Shown here: positions 39,336 to 47,741 of the stretch, piece by piece
Layout of the letters: the number at the start of each line of letters is the position of its first letter
Position numbering within the stretch: position 1 is the stretch's first letter
Source: Sediminibacterium sp. Gen4
GTDB lineage: Bacteria; Bacteroidota; Bacteroidia; Chitinophagales; Chitinophagaceae
Length of the DNA: 64,000 bases
Assembly: GCF_013391385.1 (NCBI RefSeq)
Contig: NZ_JACBFI010000001.1
Coordinates: 159,961-223,960 of the forward strand
Direction of reading: 5' to 3'
The notes under the pieces: generated by a model
What the model saw: the letters and a program-made list of their open reading frames with translations, nothing else
Told to the model about the DNA's origin: nothing
The model's database searches: none
Made by a program: the position numbers and the translations under genes

Positions 39336-39343
39336 CAAAAATA
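39336..39343 (-). promoter_or_regulatory. -7 box TATTTTTG, 7 nt before the EamA ATG
   Basis: Exact TAnnTTTG match. Confidence 0.6.
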
Positions 39344-39360
39344 AGAGAGGCGAGGTCGAT

Positions 39361-40440
39361 TTAAGAAGAAGCTTTTACAGATACTGTTGTCATGAGTCTT
39401 TGTAAGTCTGCATCTTCAAAAAATTGAAAAGAAGGAAAAACAGCATTCGATTGATCTGCTTTTGTTAATACATCATTTAAGTTCAGTTTAGATTGATCAA
39501 CATACATTGCATAACCCTTTTCTGCACATCGCTTCGCTAAGTATTCTTGCTCTGTTTGTCCGGGTGTGGGTATTAAGAGGGTCTTGCATCGTAAGCGCGA
39601 AAAATCCATCAAACTACTATAACCACTTCTGGCAATCACCAGTTTAGTTTTCAATAATTGTTCCTGCAAATTGGCTGCCGAAAGATGGTTCACCAGTTTC
39701 ACATGCGGTGGTACATTGATTGAAGAAGTATCTGCAGGTAATCCTCTTACCAATACTACCGGTTTTGTGAATGTTGACAATTGCGATACTATTTTTTCTT
39801 CCAATATGGTTCTTTGCGGTTCAGGACCGGATAGTAAAATAGTGATTGCTTGTTGGTCGGCATGATTTCCTTGCTCGAAACGCGACAGTAATCCCATATA
39901 AGTAACCGGAATGGCTGGTTGCTTACTAGGGTGTGAAAGTGTTCCTGCCAATCCACCCCTTTGCTCCTGATCAGGTACCCAACAAGTGGTAAACCGATTG
40001 ATAAACCGATAATGAAGCCAACGAATGATTGGCTCTAGTAGTGCAGGGGCTTTGATGTTCAATTGATGGGTAATAAAAACCGATGGACATTTTTTACTCC
40101 ATAGTCCATAGCGGTTATCCGATATCACCAGATCGATACCATATTGTTCAATCGCATCATCCAACCAGCGGTGTTCCCATTGAACAATACGTAGTAGGGT
40201 AGGCAATTGTTGCATTATTTTGAAAGGCAGCCAACCTTTGGTTCGACTGTAACGTACCTGATAACCGGGGAGTTTGATAAAACGATGATGAGGAAACTCT
40301 TGTTCTAAAAGGGTTTGTTGAGGTCCATCGGTAGCTATGAAAACCTTGTAACCCGCATTTTTCAAAGCGCGGATCAATGGAATACAACGTGTAGCATGAC
40401 CAAGACCCCAGTCCAGTGGTGCGATGAGTACGTTTTGTAT
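39361..40440 (-). CDS. GT28/GT1-like glycosyltransferase; start codon non-canonical or uncertain
   Basis: The conserved APLDWGLGHATRCIP lies upstream of the track's TTG (40377). Also SDNRYG, SGPEPQR, RSGYSSLMD and PTPGQTEQEYLA. Candidate starts are ATA 40440 or CTG 40458. Confidence 0.85.
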   Translation of the reverse strand: MQNVLIAPLDWGLGHATRCIPLIRALKNAGYKVFIATDGPQQTLLEQEFPHHRFIKLPGYQVRYSRTKGWLPFKIMQQLPTLLRIVQWEHRWLDDAIEQYGIDLVISDNRYGLWSKKCPSVFITHQLNIKAPALLEPIIRWLHYRFINRFTTCWVPDQEQRGGLAGTLSHPSKQPAIPVTYMGLLSRFEQGNHADQQAITILLSGPEPQRTILEEKIVSQLSTFTKPVVLVRGLPADTSSINVPPHVKLVNHLSAANLQEQLLKTKLVIARSGYSSLMDFSRLRCKTLLIPTPGQTEQEYLAKRCAEKGYAMYVDQSKLNLNDVLTKADQSNAVFPSFQFFEDADLQRLMTTVSVKASS

Positions 40441-40507
40441 GTTAAAATCGGTAGGCAGTGCTGATGGGTTTATGATGATATGATCGAAAGCTGTATTTTA
40501 GATCATT

Positions 40508-40633
40508 ATGAAACTCAAAATAAACCAAATATTCGTTCTGCTGTTACTTATTACCATGGCCAGTTCCTGTGGTATATTCCAGAAAGGAAGGAATGGCAGA
40601 GGGGGCTGTAACTGTCCCAACAATGTTCGTTAA
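40508..40633 (+). CDS. Small 41-aa lipoprotein missed by the ORF track
   Basis: MKLKINQIFVLLLLITMASSCGIFQKGRNGRGGCNCPNNVR*. Basic N-region, hydrophobic core, lipobox ASSC. Ends 11 nt before the next gene. Confidence 0.7.
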   Translation: MKLKINQIFVLLLLITMASSCGIFQKGRNGRGGCNCPNNVR

Positions 40634-40644
40634 ACCGTTGAGGT

Positions 40645-40893
40645 ATGAAAGACATGAACCGTGATCTCTGGCTGCTCTGTAAGCATGATTACATGACACA
40701 GTCTGAACTCGATCGTCAGGTGAGCCTGTTGAATACCCTTTTATACCATGCTGAGAATTGGAATAATTTCTGCTCCTCCCACGAGATCCTCGACATCAAC
40801 CGACGCAAAATCATCCGCAAGCCACATCTGATGCAAAGTATTTTGCATGAAAGAAGATTGAAGGCTTTTGTGTTTGTGAACAATCTAAATTAA
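40645..40893 (+). CDS. Small hypothetical protein, 82 aa
   Basis: ATG after an A-rich leader, plausible composition, ends in FVFVNNLN. Converges on a repeat/hairpin element. Confidence 0.7.
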   Translation: MKDMNRDLWLLCKHDYMTQSELDRQVSLLNTLLYHAENWNNFCSSHEILDINRRKIIRKPHLMQSILHERRLKAFVFVNNLN

Positions 40894-41025
40894 GCTGCAA
40901 CCGACAAGCCGCAAGCTTCACGTTTGATATCTGATGATTTGAGCTTTTGCTTCTATATCAAGATCAGCGGTTGTTTAATTAGAAAAATACTTGCAGCATG
41001 AAGCTTGTAGCCTGCGGCTCATAAC
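40892..41025. repeat. Inverted 7-bp arrays (AAGCTGC family) between convergent genes
   Basis: aagctgc aaccgac aagccgc aagcttc ... ttgcagc atgaagc ttgtagc ctgcggc tcataac. Confidence 0.78.
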
Positions 41026-42284
41026 AGCTTCCCTAAAGCACCTTCCAACTTCTCCAACATCTCCCCAATCTCTTCTTTCTTACACGTACCCACACTTAAA
41101 CGATACCATGGACTATTGGCTCCGGCGCCGAAGGCTGAGAAGGGTACCACTGCTAGTTTGGCTTCTGCAAGAATGTAAGACGTTACGTCTGATTGTGTTT
41201 CAAGTTTTTTTCCGTCGGCTGTGGTTTTACCTACCAGGTCTATTTTGATGGTGAGATAGATGGCCGCTTGTGGTGCAACGGCATCAACAGGATAGCCTTT
41301 TTGTTTGAGGGCAATAAAACCATCATGAATATTTCTCAAACGCAATTCCACTTCTGATTTGAAATGGGTGAGGTAGCGTTGAATATTTTCTTTCTGCAAT
41401 AAATATTGAGCCACAGCTTTCTGTTCTGCCATGGGTGCCCAGGCACCTACATGACTTAAAATCGCTTTCATCTTAGCAATCACTGTGCTAGGACCCAATG
41501 CCCATCCTACACGTACACCGGTAGCAGCAAATACTTTAGAGATACCATCAATGAAAATGGTGTAGTCTTTCATCGCAGGTCTTAAGTGCAGTGGATTGTA
41601 GTGAACAGTAGTGCCATAGGTGAGTGTCCAGTACATTTGATCAAACATCAAATAACATTTCTTTTCACCTTCCCCTCTTTTTGCATTCTCTTCCAATATC
41701 AGATCACAAATAGCTTCCAGACTTTCTTTTTTGAGTGTGGTGCCTGTAGGATTTTGTGGTGTACAAATACAAATAAGTGTAGCGCCACTGATATTTTTTT
41801 TGATGTCTTCTACAGTAGGCATGAAATCATTCTCTACAGTACACTCAACCACACAATGCACTGCATCGGTCAAGTGTGTATAATGATTGTTATTCCAGGA
41901 AGGAACACCATAGATCACTTTATCGCCTTTGTCAACGATGGCTTTGAACAAAGTATAGATCAACGGACGACCACCGGCTGCTATTTGAATTTCATTGGGT
42001 TCAAAACTTAAGCCTTCCCATTCTTGAATGAATGCTGCTACAGACTTACGCAGATCCAACACGCCTTCTGCTGCAGGATAGCTGGTATTTCTTTTGCGAT
42101 AAGAATCGATAATGAGTTCTTCCAACTCTGTAGGAATAGGGAATACAGAAGGATCAAAATCACCAATAGTGAGGTTATAGATCTTTTCACCATTGCGAAT
42201 ACGCTCACTGATGGCATTACCCAGTTTCACGATCTCACTGCCCGATAAGGTTTCTGCTAAATGACTCAGTTTCGGCGTACTCAT
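41019..42284 (-). CDS. Class I/II PLP-dependent aminotransferase
   Basis: LTIGDF, PQNPTG, DQMY and DGISK.FAATGVRVGW (PLP-binding Lys) motifs. Confidence 0.92.
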   Translation of the reverse strand: MSTPKLSHLAETLSGSEIVKLGNAISERIRNGEKIYNLTIGDFDPSVFPIPTELEELIIDSYRKRNTSYPAAEGVLDLRKSVAAFIQEWEGLSFEPNEIQIAAGGRPLIYTLFKAIVDKGDKVIYGVPSWNNNHYTHLTDAVHCVVECTVENDFMPTVEDIKKNISGATLICICTPQNPTGTTLKKESLEAICDLILEENAKRGEGEKKCYLMFDQMYWTLTYGTTVHYNPLHLRPAMKDYTIFIDGISKVFAATGVRVGWALGPSTVIAKMKAILSHVGAWAPMAEQKAVAQYLLQKENIQRYLTHFKSEVELRLRNIHDGFIALKQKGYPVDAVAPQAAIYLTIKIDLVGKTTADGKKLETQSDVTSYILAEAKLAVVPFSAFGAGANSPWYRLSVGTCKKEEIGEMLEKLEGALGKLL

Positions 42285-42306
42285 ACTAAAGGTTTTGTTC
42301 CGGCGG

Positions 42307-42314
42307 CAAAATTA
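42307..42314 (-). promoter_or_regulatory. -7 box TAATTTTG for the aminotransferase
   Basis: Exact TAnnTTTG match 22 nt upstream of the ATG. Confidence 0.55.
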
Positions 42315-42341
42315 AGTTTTTCCAATGGAGAATGAGGGAAA

Positions 42342-42376
42342 TATTGAATGTAGAATAATGAATTATGAATATCGAA
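42342..42376 (+). repeat. 7-bp array (nnnnGAA family)
   Basis: tattgaa tgtagaa taatgaa ttatgaa tatcgaa. Confidence 0.7.
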
Positions 42377-42407
42377 GAGAAATTGACGGTTGGGTGACAT
42401 GAGAATG

Positions 42408-42464
42408 ATAAAGCCGCAGATTCGCAGATTAATTCAACTAAAATCTGCGAATCTGCGGCTTTAT
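42408..42464. repeat. Perfect 23-bp inverted repeat with CGCAGAT units
   Basis: ataaagccgcagattcgcagatt-N11-aatctgcgaatctgcggctttat. Confidence 0.85.
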
Positions 42465-42489
42465 ATCATACTAAGTAACTTTTGGAAAG

Positions 42490-42954
42490 TTATCGATCAA
42501 ACCACGCTTTTTGAGGTCTGGTTTTTGGATAACCCTTTTCAGCGCGAAACTTTTTTCGTTCTTCTGTAAAGTCCCACCATTTTTTTTGCATGTCATGTGT
42601 GTTTGCAAAGTTCACGACCAATCTAAATTGGTCTTCCACACAAGGGTCAACCCAATACCCTTTTTTCTGTTCGTATTCGTCTGTGAGTTGAGCGCCGTCT
42701 TTTTGTTTGAGCTCCTTGAGGGAATAATAACCCAAAAACACAAGGTCTTCAGCAAACTTTATTCCGATTGAAGGAACCGTTTGAAATTCTGCTAACGCAT
42801 AAATTTCTTTGGCTCGTTCATTGGTAGCGTTTAATAACACTTCCAATTCGTCGGGTGCGAAATCGAGAATATTGGCAATTTTGATTTTATGCTTTCGCAA
42901 ATAAGCTTTCTCTATTTCAGTTAACGGAAGTTTTATGTTTGTCGTATTTTTCAT
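42490..42954 (-). CDS. Helix-hairpin-helix protein (Cdd1/mitomycin-resistance-like)
   Basis: VPSIGIKFAEDL..LG..SL.EL and G...DPCVED.FR.VV.FA.......WW motifs. Start at 42954 or 42990. Confidence 0.78.
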   Translation of the reverse strand: MKNTTNIKLPLTEIEKAYLRKHKIKIANILDFAPDELEVLLNATNERAKEIYALAEFQTVPSIGIKFAEDLVFLGYYSLKELKQKDGAQLTDEYEQKKGYWVDPCVEDQFRLVVNFANTHDMQKKWWDFTEERKKFRAEKGYPKTRPQKAWFDR

Positions 42955-43018
42955 CCTAACCAAAAGTTCTCGATCATTAATGACTTCCATGGGTATCTAA
43001 AAATGTGATTTCGAAATG

Positions 43019-43768
43019 TTATGTTTTGTTTATTTTGTCTAGATAATAAGTATGAAACCATTTTGGGGCGACTGTATTTTTTTCATATTCTACTTTTTCC
43101 CCGTTTATTATCTCAGCGAATAAATAAGATTCTATATATTAATTATCAAACAACATTGATTTGCTAGAATTTTTTATTGCATCATATAGATTATTCATGG
43201 TCTTATGATATCTACGAGTGATTGTATCAGCAGGTACATCATGTCCGCCAAGCCTTACTCTTTCGCTTACCCTGCTCGTATTTACTTCTGGACTATTTGT
43301 AGCTATGAAAAAAAGGCGAACCTTATAACCCAAATTAAGTGCATGTTTCATAAACTGTACTTTGTCAGGATTACTCATTACTGTTTCAAAACTAAAAGAA
43401 AAGCCGTTTTGAAGTAGTTGAGTTCTTATCAGAGAAGCAATGCCACCCGCCAAATAAGACCCTTTAATGTTTTTGTTTTCTTTAATAAACAAAACATTAT
43501 TTTCTAAAGAAATCAGCTCCCATAAATCTGTTTCGTTTCTTTCCTGAATTATTTGTTTAGATTTTTCATAATACTGTTTGAGTATTACATCCGTAATTGA
43601 GATTTCGTATTTATCAAAAGAGATACAAGCGCTTGAGATTAATTCTGATTCGATATCATCTGCATTAACATAAATGCTGGTACTTGTATTATTATTCATT
43701 TGTGAATAGATCGTTGATTTTCCCGAACCATTCGGACCTGCAAAAACGTTTAGCGCTTTTGAACTCAT
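43019..43768 (-). pseudogene. Zeta-toxin-like P-loop ATPase interrupted by an in-frame TAA at 43139-43141
   Basis: Walker A AGPNGSGKST, YVNADDI, FETVMS and RV..RV..GGH.VP motifs. After FDN* the same frame continues for 39 codons (YIESYLFAEI...APKWFHTYYLDKINKT*). Confidence 0.78.
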
Positions 43769-43808
43769 ATCAATGTTTCTTTATTTCTTCTAGAGATCGT
43801 TTTGCAGG

Positions 43809-44141
43809 CTAATTTTCATTTTCGCCTATGATGGTTTCGACACCATTTTCATCGATTTGAATCAACTTGTCATCCTTCATCATTATCATAGGTATCTTAT
43901 TTTTTCGCGCATTAAGGTACGCATTACGAGTAGCGAGTTTCGCCGCTTTGGCTACGGCTTTTGAATCATCTAAATCAATCGGCTGTTGTTCTTCACGTTC
44001 CACAACAGCGCCTTCTTCTTCCTTTGGAAAACCGGTCTTCGATTTTGTAAACACTACACTTCCAAGAGCCATTCCCACAGCTAACAGTTTTTTAATTGCA
44101 AAAACGTTTTTTATGTTTTTCTTTTCACTTTCATTTTCCAT
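43809..44141 (-). CDS. Putative antitoxin/partner of the zeta-like ATPase
   Basis: 110-aa ORF directly upstream and co-oriented. Its C-terminal half (AAK.A...A....KIP....KD.KL....ENG) resembles the small partners of such ATPases. Confidence 0.55.
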   Translation of the reverse strand: MENESEKKNIKNVFAIKKLLAVGMALGSVVFTKSKTGFPKEEEGAVVEREEQQPIDLDDSKAVAKAAKLATRNAYLNARKNKIPMIMMKDDKLIQIDENGVETIIGENEN

Positions 44142-44194
44142 ATACCAAATATAATTAATTTGATTGGCACTTGCAAGAGGATTGAATCACACCC

Positions 44195-44227
44195 AAAAAA
44201 AGGGCTGCAGTTCTTTGCAGCCCTTTT
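44195..44227. terminator. Bidirectional terminator
   Basis: aaaaaaagggctgcag-ttctt-tgcagccctttt. Confidence 0.75.
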
Positions 44228-44246
44228 ACTATCAATCAAATAGCTT

Positions 44247-47200
44247 TTACTCGATCGCCTTATAATCCTTAAACAACTTCAACTCAATCTTATCTGCCAC
44301 TGCTCTAAATGCTTTCCATTGATTATCAAACAATGCATTAGCGCGGGTGATGACTTCTGAGATTTTATCTTCCGCTGTTTTCATCAGTCTTTCTTCCTGC
44401 TCACCCGGTACTATTGTTTTACCGGTGATGTTTGAACGCGCTTCATTCAGATAGCCATTGATGGTTACCTGTGGTATATTACCATAGCCCTGCTTGGTTT
44501 GTGGTTTACCATTCAGTATTTCACGAATGGCTTGTATTTCTTCACGAATGGGCTTCATGGTTTTGCGGATCGTATCTGCTTGTTTCGCATCGATATCACG
44601 CAAAGCTGTTTCTACTTTATTCATGATGCCTTCTGCATCACTGAAACGCTCATTCAATGTACCCAGTCTGATCGAACTCTTATTCAAGCGATCTACCGCT
44701 TTGCGTAATGCATCACGTACTGCTTTTGGTGTTGGTGCATATGGATCATCATTCACTACAATTGTGGTACTATCACTGATATTTCTTCCAAGATTCATCA
44801 CCACTTTGTAAGTTCCCGGATCAACAGGTAATCCTGCAGGTTCTGCAGTAGCTCCACCGCCACCACCAAAACGTCCGCCACCGCCGCCTCTACCACCAAA
44901 ACCTCCACCACCGGGTATTCTCACACCTCTTCCTTCCATGCCCCAGTAGTAACGGTTCAATCCGGTATCCGCTTTAGCAGTAAGAGTTCTTACGAGTACA
45001 TTGTTCGCATCATAAATGCGCATGGTTACTGTATCGCTCAATTTGTTGCGTCCAGTATCAGCTGCTGTTTTATTTACAAAGAAAGTGATCGGGGCTCCTG
45101 ATCTTCTGTTCTCACCTTCATAAGTGCCCCATACACTATACTCAATACCCGATGCATTTTTACGCTTGGCCTGATAACCATCAGGTAATGCAAAAGCAGT
45201 CAGTTTATTGCTGAACACTTGTCCTTTATTCGCTGCCAATTTGCGGAGCGGACGAATATCATCCAATATCCACAATGCACGTCCAAAAGTTGCGATCACC
45301 AGATCAGCCTCTCTCTCTTGAATCACCATATCATAAGTAGATACAGATGGATATCCATTTTTGAATTGCTGGAAACTGGTTCCATAATCCAAGCTGATGA
45401 ACAAACCTTGCTCTGTACCTACAAAGATCAAATTCGGTTCCGTTGGATCTTGTACTACACACAAAGTATAACCGGTCACTTTTTTCTCATCTACCAAATT
45501 CGTCCAGGTTTTACCATAATCGGTTGTACGGAATAAATAGGGTTTGTTATTACCGCGACGATAATCATTCACTACTACATATGCTTCACCGCCATTATGT
45601 CTAGATGCACGGATCTGTGGAACCCACGCACCTGTTGGCATTCCGGGGATCTTACCGCGGAAATTGGTCCAGGTTTTACCACCATCTCTCGTGAGTTGAA
45701 CATTGCCATCATCGGTTCCTACCCATATCACTCCTCTTTCTTTTGCAGAAGGTTCAATAGCAATAATGGTACAATGGTTTTCTGCGCCCGTAATATCTAC
45801 CGATAAACCACCATTATTACTTTGATCAATTTTTGCACTATCGTTGGTTGTAAGGTCACCAGAGATCTGTGTCCAAGAAGCACCTTTATCTATGCTCATG
45901 TTCACCATCTGACTTCCATAATAAATAGTCTTCTTATCAAATGGATCTTGCGCGATTGCAGCATTCCAGTTGAATCGCTGACGAACGCCACTCGCAGTTG
46001 TTGGCGGACGAATGCTCCATCTTTCTCCGGTAGCAATATTGTAACGTCCAACATTTCCACCCTGACTCATACTGTACACCCAGTTTTCATCTTCCGGATC
46101 AGGCATTACATCAAAACCATCACCACCACCTACAGCTTCCCAAAATGCATTGCGGATACCACTTTGTCTCCATACATACGCAGGACCATGCCAGCTACCA
46201 TTATCCTGTAAACCACCCATAACGTTGTAAGGAATTTTGTTGTCTACATTGATATGATAGAATTGTCCGAGTGGTAATTTCTCATCAAACTGCCAGTTCT
46301 TTCCGCGATCGCGTGTAATAGCAATACCACCATCATTACCATCAATGATAAAATTGCCATCTTTCGGATGAATCCAGAATGCATGGTGATCAGGATGGAT
46401 ACCTGCATAAGGGATCACTGTCTTGAAAGTTTTACCCGCATCTTCACTCACGGTAATGATCTGATTGATATTGTACAATCTGTTTTCATTGGTAGGATCC
46501 ACTGCGATATCCTGAAAATAAAAAGCACGATTCGTCACCACTGCTGCATCACTGTTCACCAGTTCCCAATTATTACCACCATCATCACTTTTATACAATC
46601 CATTTTTAGTGGCTTCTACCAATGCATATACACGTTTTGGATCATTGCGTGCAATGGTAATACCAATACGACCATAATCACCATCAGGCAAACCATTGGT
46701 CTTGCCCAGTTTGGTCCAGTTTTTACCGCCATCATAGGTTACATAAAAACCACTGCCCTTACCACCGCCTTGTAAACTCCAGGGAGTACGCTGATGCTGG
46801 TACATGTTCACAAACAATTTATTCGGATTGGCAGGATCCATCACCATATCACCTACACCCGAAGTATCATTGGTGTACAAAATTTTATTCCAGGTAACAC
46901 CACCATCTGTTGTTTTATACACACCACGCTCAGGATGTGCAGCGAAAGGATTTCCTATCACGCCAACATACACTACATCCGGATTATTAGGGTCGATGAT
47001 GATGCGGTGGATGTTACTGGTTTTTTCCAGTCCCATCATTTTCCAGGTCTTACCGCCATCAATGCTTTTGTAGATACCGCCACCTAAACTAATAGAGTTA
47101 CGCGGATTACCTTCTCCTGTTCCGGCCCATACTACACTAGGATTACTTTGTGTGATGGCCACAGCACCAATATTCAAAATGGGTTGATCGTCAAAGATCG

Positions 47201-47435
47201 ATTCCCAGCTAGCACCACCATTCTCTGTTTTCCATACACCACCGCTCGCAGTTCCAAGGTAAATGATGTTGGGATTGGTCCATACTGCATCGATTGCAGT
47301 TACGCGTCCACTCATACCGGCCGGACCGATATTGCGTGGTTTCATGTTTTTAAAGTGTTTTGAAAGATCTGCCTGTTGGGCAAAAGAAAGAATTGCAGTG
47401 CCGAATAGCATTGCAGCAAACAGTAGTTTTCTCAT
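44247..47435 (-). CDS. Large secreted VPS10/sortilin-like BNR-repeat beta-propeller (glycosyl hydrolase-like)
   Basis: Signal peptide at MRKLLFAAML (47435), RNIGPAGMSGRV, and many S/T-x-D-G-G-x-T-W Asp-box repeats. Confidence 0.9.
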   Translation of the reverse strand: MRKLLFAAMLFGTAILSFAQQADLSKHFKNMKPRNIGPAGMSGRVTAIDAVWTNPNIIYLGTASGGVWKTENGGASWESIFDDQPILNIGAVAITQSNPSVVWAGTGEGNPRNSISLGGGIYKSIDGGKTWKMMGLEKTSNIHRIIIDPNNPDVVYVGVIGNPFAAHPERGVYKTTDGGVTWNKILYTNDTSGVGDMVMDPANPNKLFVNMYQHQRTPWSLQGGGKGSGFYVTYDGGKNWTKLGKTNGLPDGDYGRIGITIARNDPKRVYALVEATKNGLYKSDDGGNNWELVNSDAAVVTNRAFYFQDIAVDPTNENRLYNINQIITVSEDAGKTFKTVIPYAGIHPDHHAFWIHPKDGNFIIDGNDGGIAITRDRGKNWQFDEKLPLGQFYHINVDNKIPYNVMGGLQDNGSWHGPAYVWRQSGIRNAFWEAVGGGDGFDVMPDPEDENWVYSMSQGGNVGRYNIATGERWSIRPPTTASGVRQRFNWNAAIAQDPFDKKTIYYGSQMVNMSIDKGASWTQISGDLTTNDSAKIDQSNNGGLSVDITGAENHCTIIAIEPSAKERGVIWVGTDDGNVQLTRDGGKTWTNFRGKIPGMPTGAWVPQIRASRHNGGEAYVVVNDYRRGNNKPYLFRTTDYGKTWTNLVDEKKVTGYTLCVVQDPTEPNLIFVGTEQGLFISLDYGTSFQQFKNGYPSVSTYDMVIQEREADLVIATFGRALWILDDIRPLRKLAANKGQVFSNKLTAFALPDGYQAKRKNASGIEYSVWGTYEGENRRSGAPITFFVNKTAADTGRNKLSDTVTMRIYDANNVLVRTLTAKADTGLNRYYWGMEGRGVRIPGGGGFGGRGGGGGRFGGGGGATAEPAGLPVDPGTYKVVMNLGRNISDSTTIVVNDDPYAPTPKAVRDALRKAVDRLNKSSIRLGTLNERFSDAEGIMNKVETALRDIDAKQADTIRKTMKPIREEIQAIREILNGKPQTKQGYGNIPQVTINGYLNEARSNITGKTIVPGEQEERLMKTAEDKISEVITRANALFDNQWKAFRAVADKIELKLFKDYKAIE

Positions 47436-47507
47436 TCCATTGGTTTTTTGGGATCGGGAATTTCTGCAATTAATGGGGGATTGCCAAATTAGATGGATAA
47501 TTGGGTG

Positions 47508-47542
47508 AGAAAGCTGTGAGCTACGAGCTTTGAGCCATGAGC
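47508..47542 (+). repeat. 7-bp array (TGAGC family)
   Basis: agaaagc tgtgagc tacgagc tttgagc catgagc. Same family as 5902-5936. Confidence 0.8.
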
Positions 47543-47565
47543 TGGAAGGTGTTTTATAACAGCTC

Positions 47566-47718
47566 ACTGTGTTCCTCTGTGCCATACTCTGTGTAACTCG
47601 GTGGTTTTTCGCCAAAGACTTTCTCAAGTATTCAAGAATAACGGAGTATTTCTGTGGACTTCTGTGTCTTCAGTGGCAATTAATCGGCAAAAAAATATTG
47701 CCACTGAAGACACAGAAG
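47566..47718. repeat. CTCTGTG-type units plus a perfect 22-bp inverted repeat (47659-47718)
   Basis: cttctgtgtcttcagtggcaat-N16-attgccactgaagacacagaag, with ctctgtg units upstream. Confidence 0.8.
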
Positions 47719-47741
47719 AGCACTGAGGTTTTGGCGGGAGT

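Noticed and set aside
47436-47627. 64-aa N-terminal extension of the VPS10-like ORF
   Set aside because: It is translated from repeat elements. The clear signal peptide begins at 47435.
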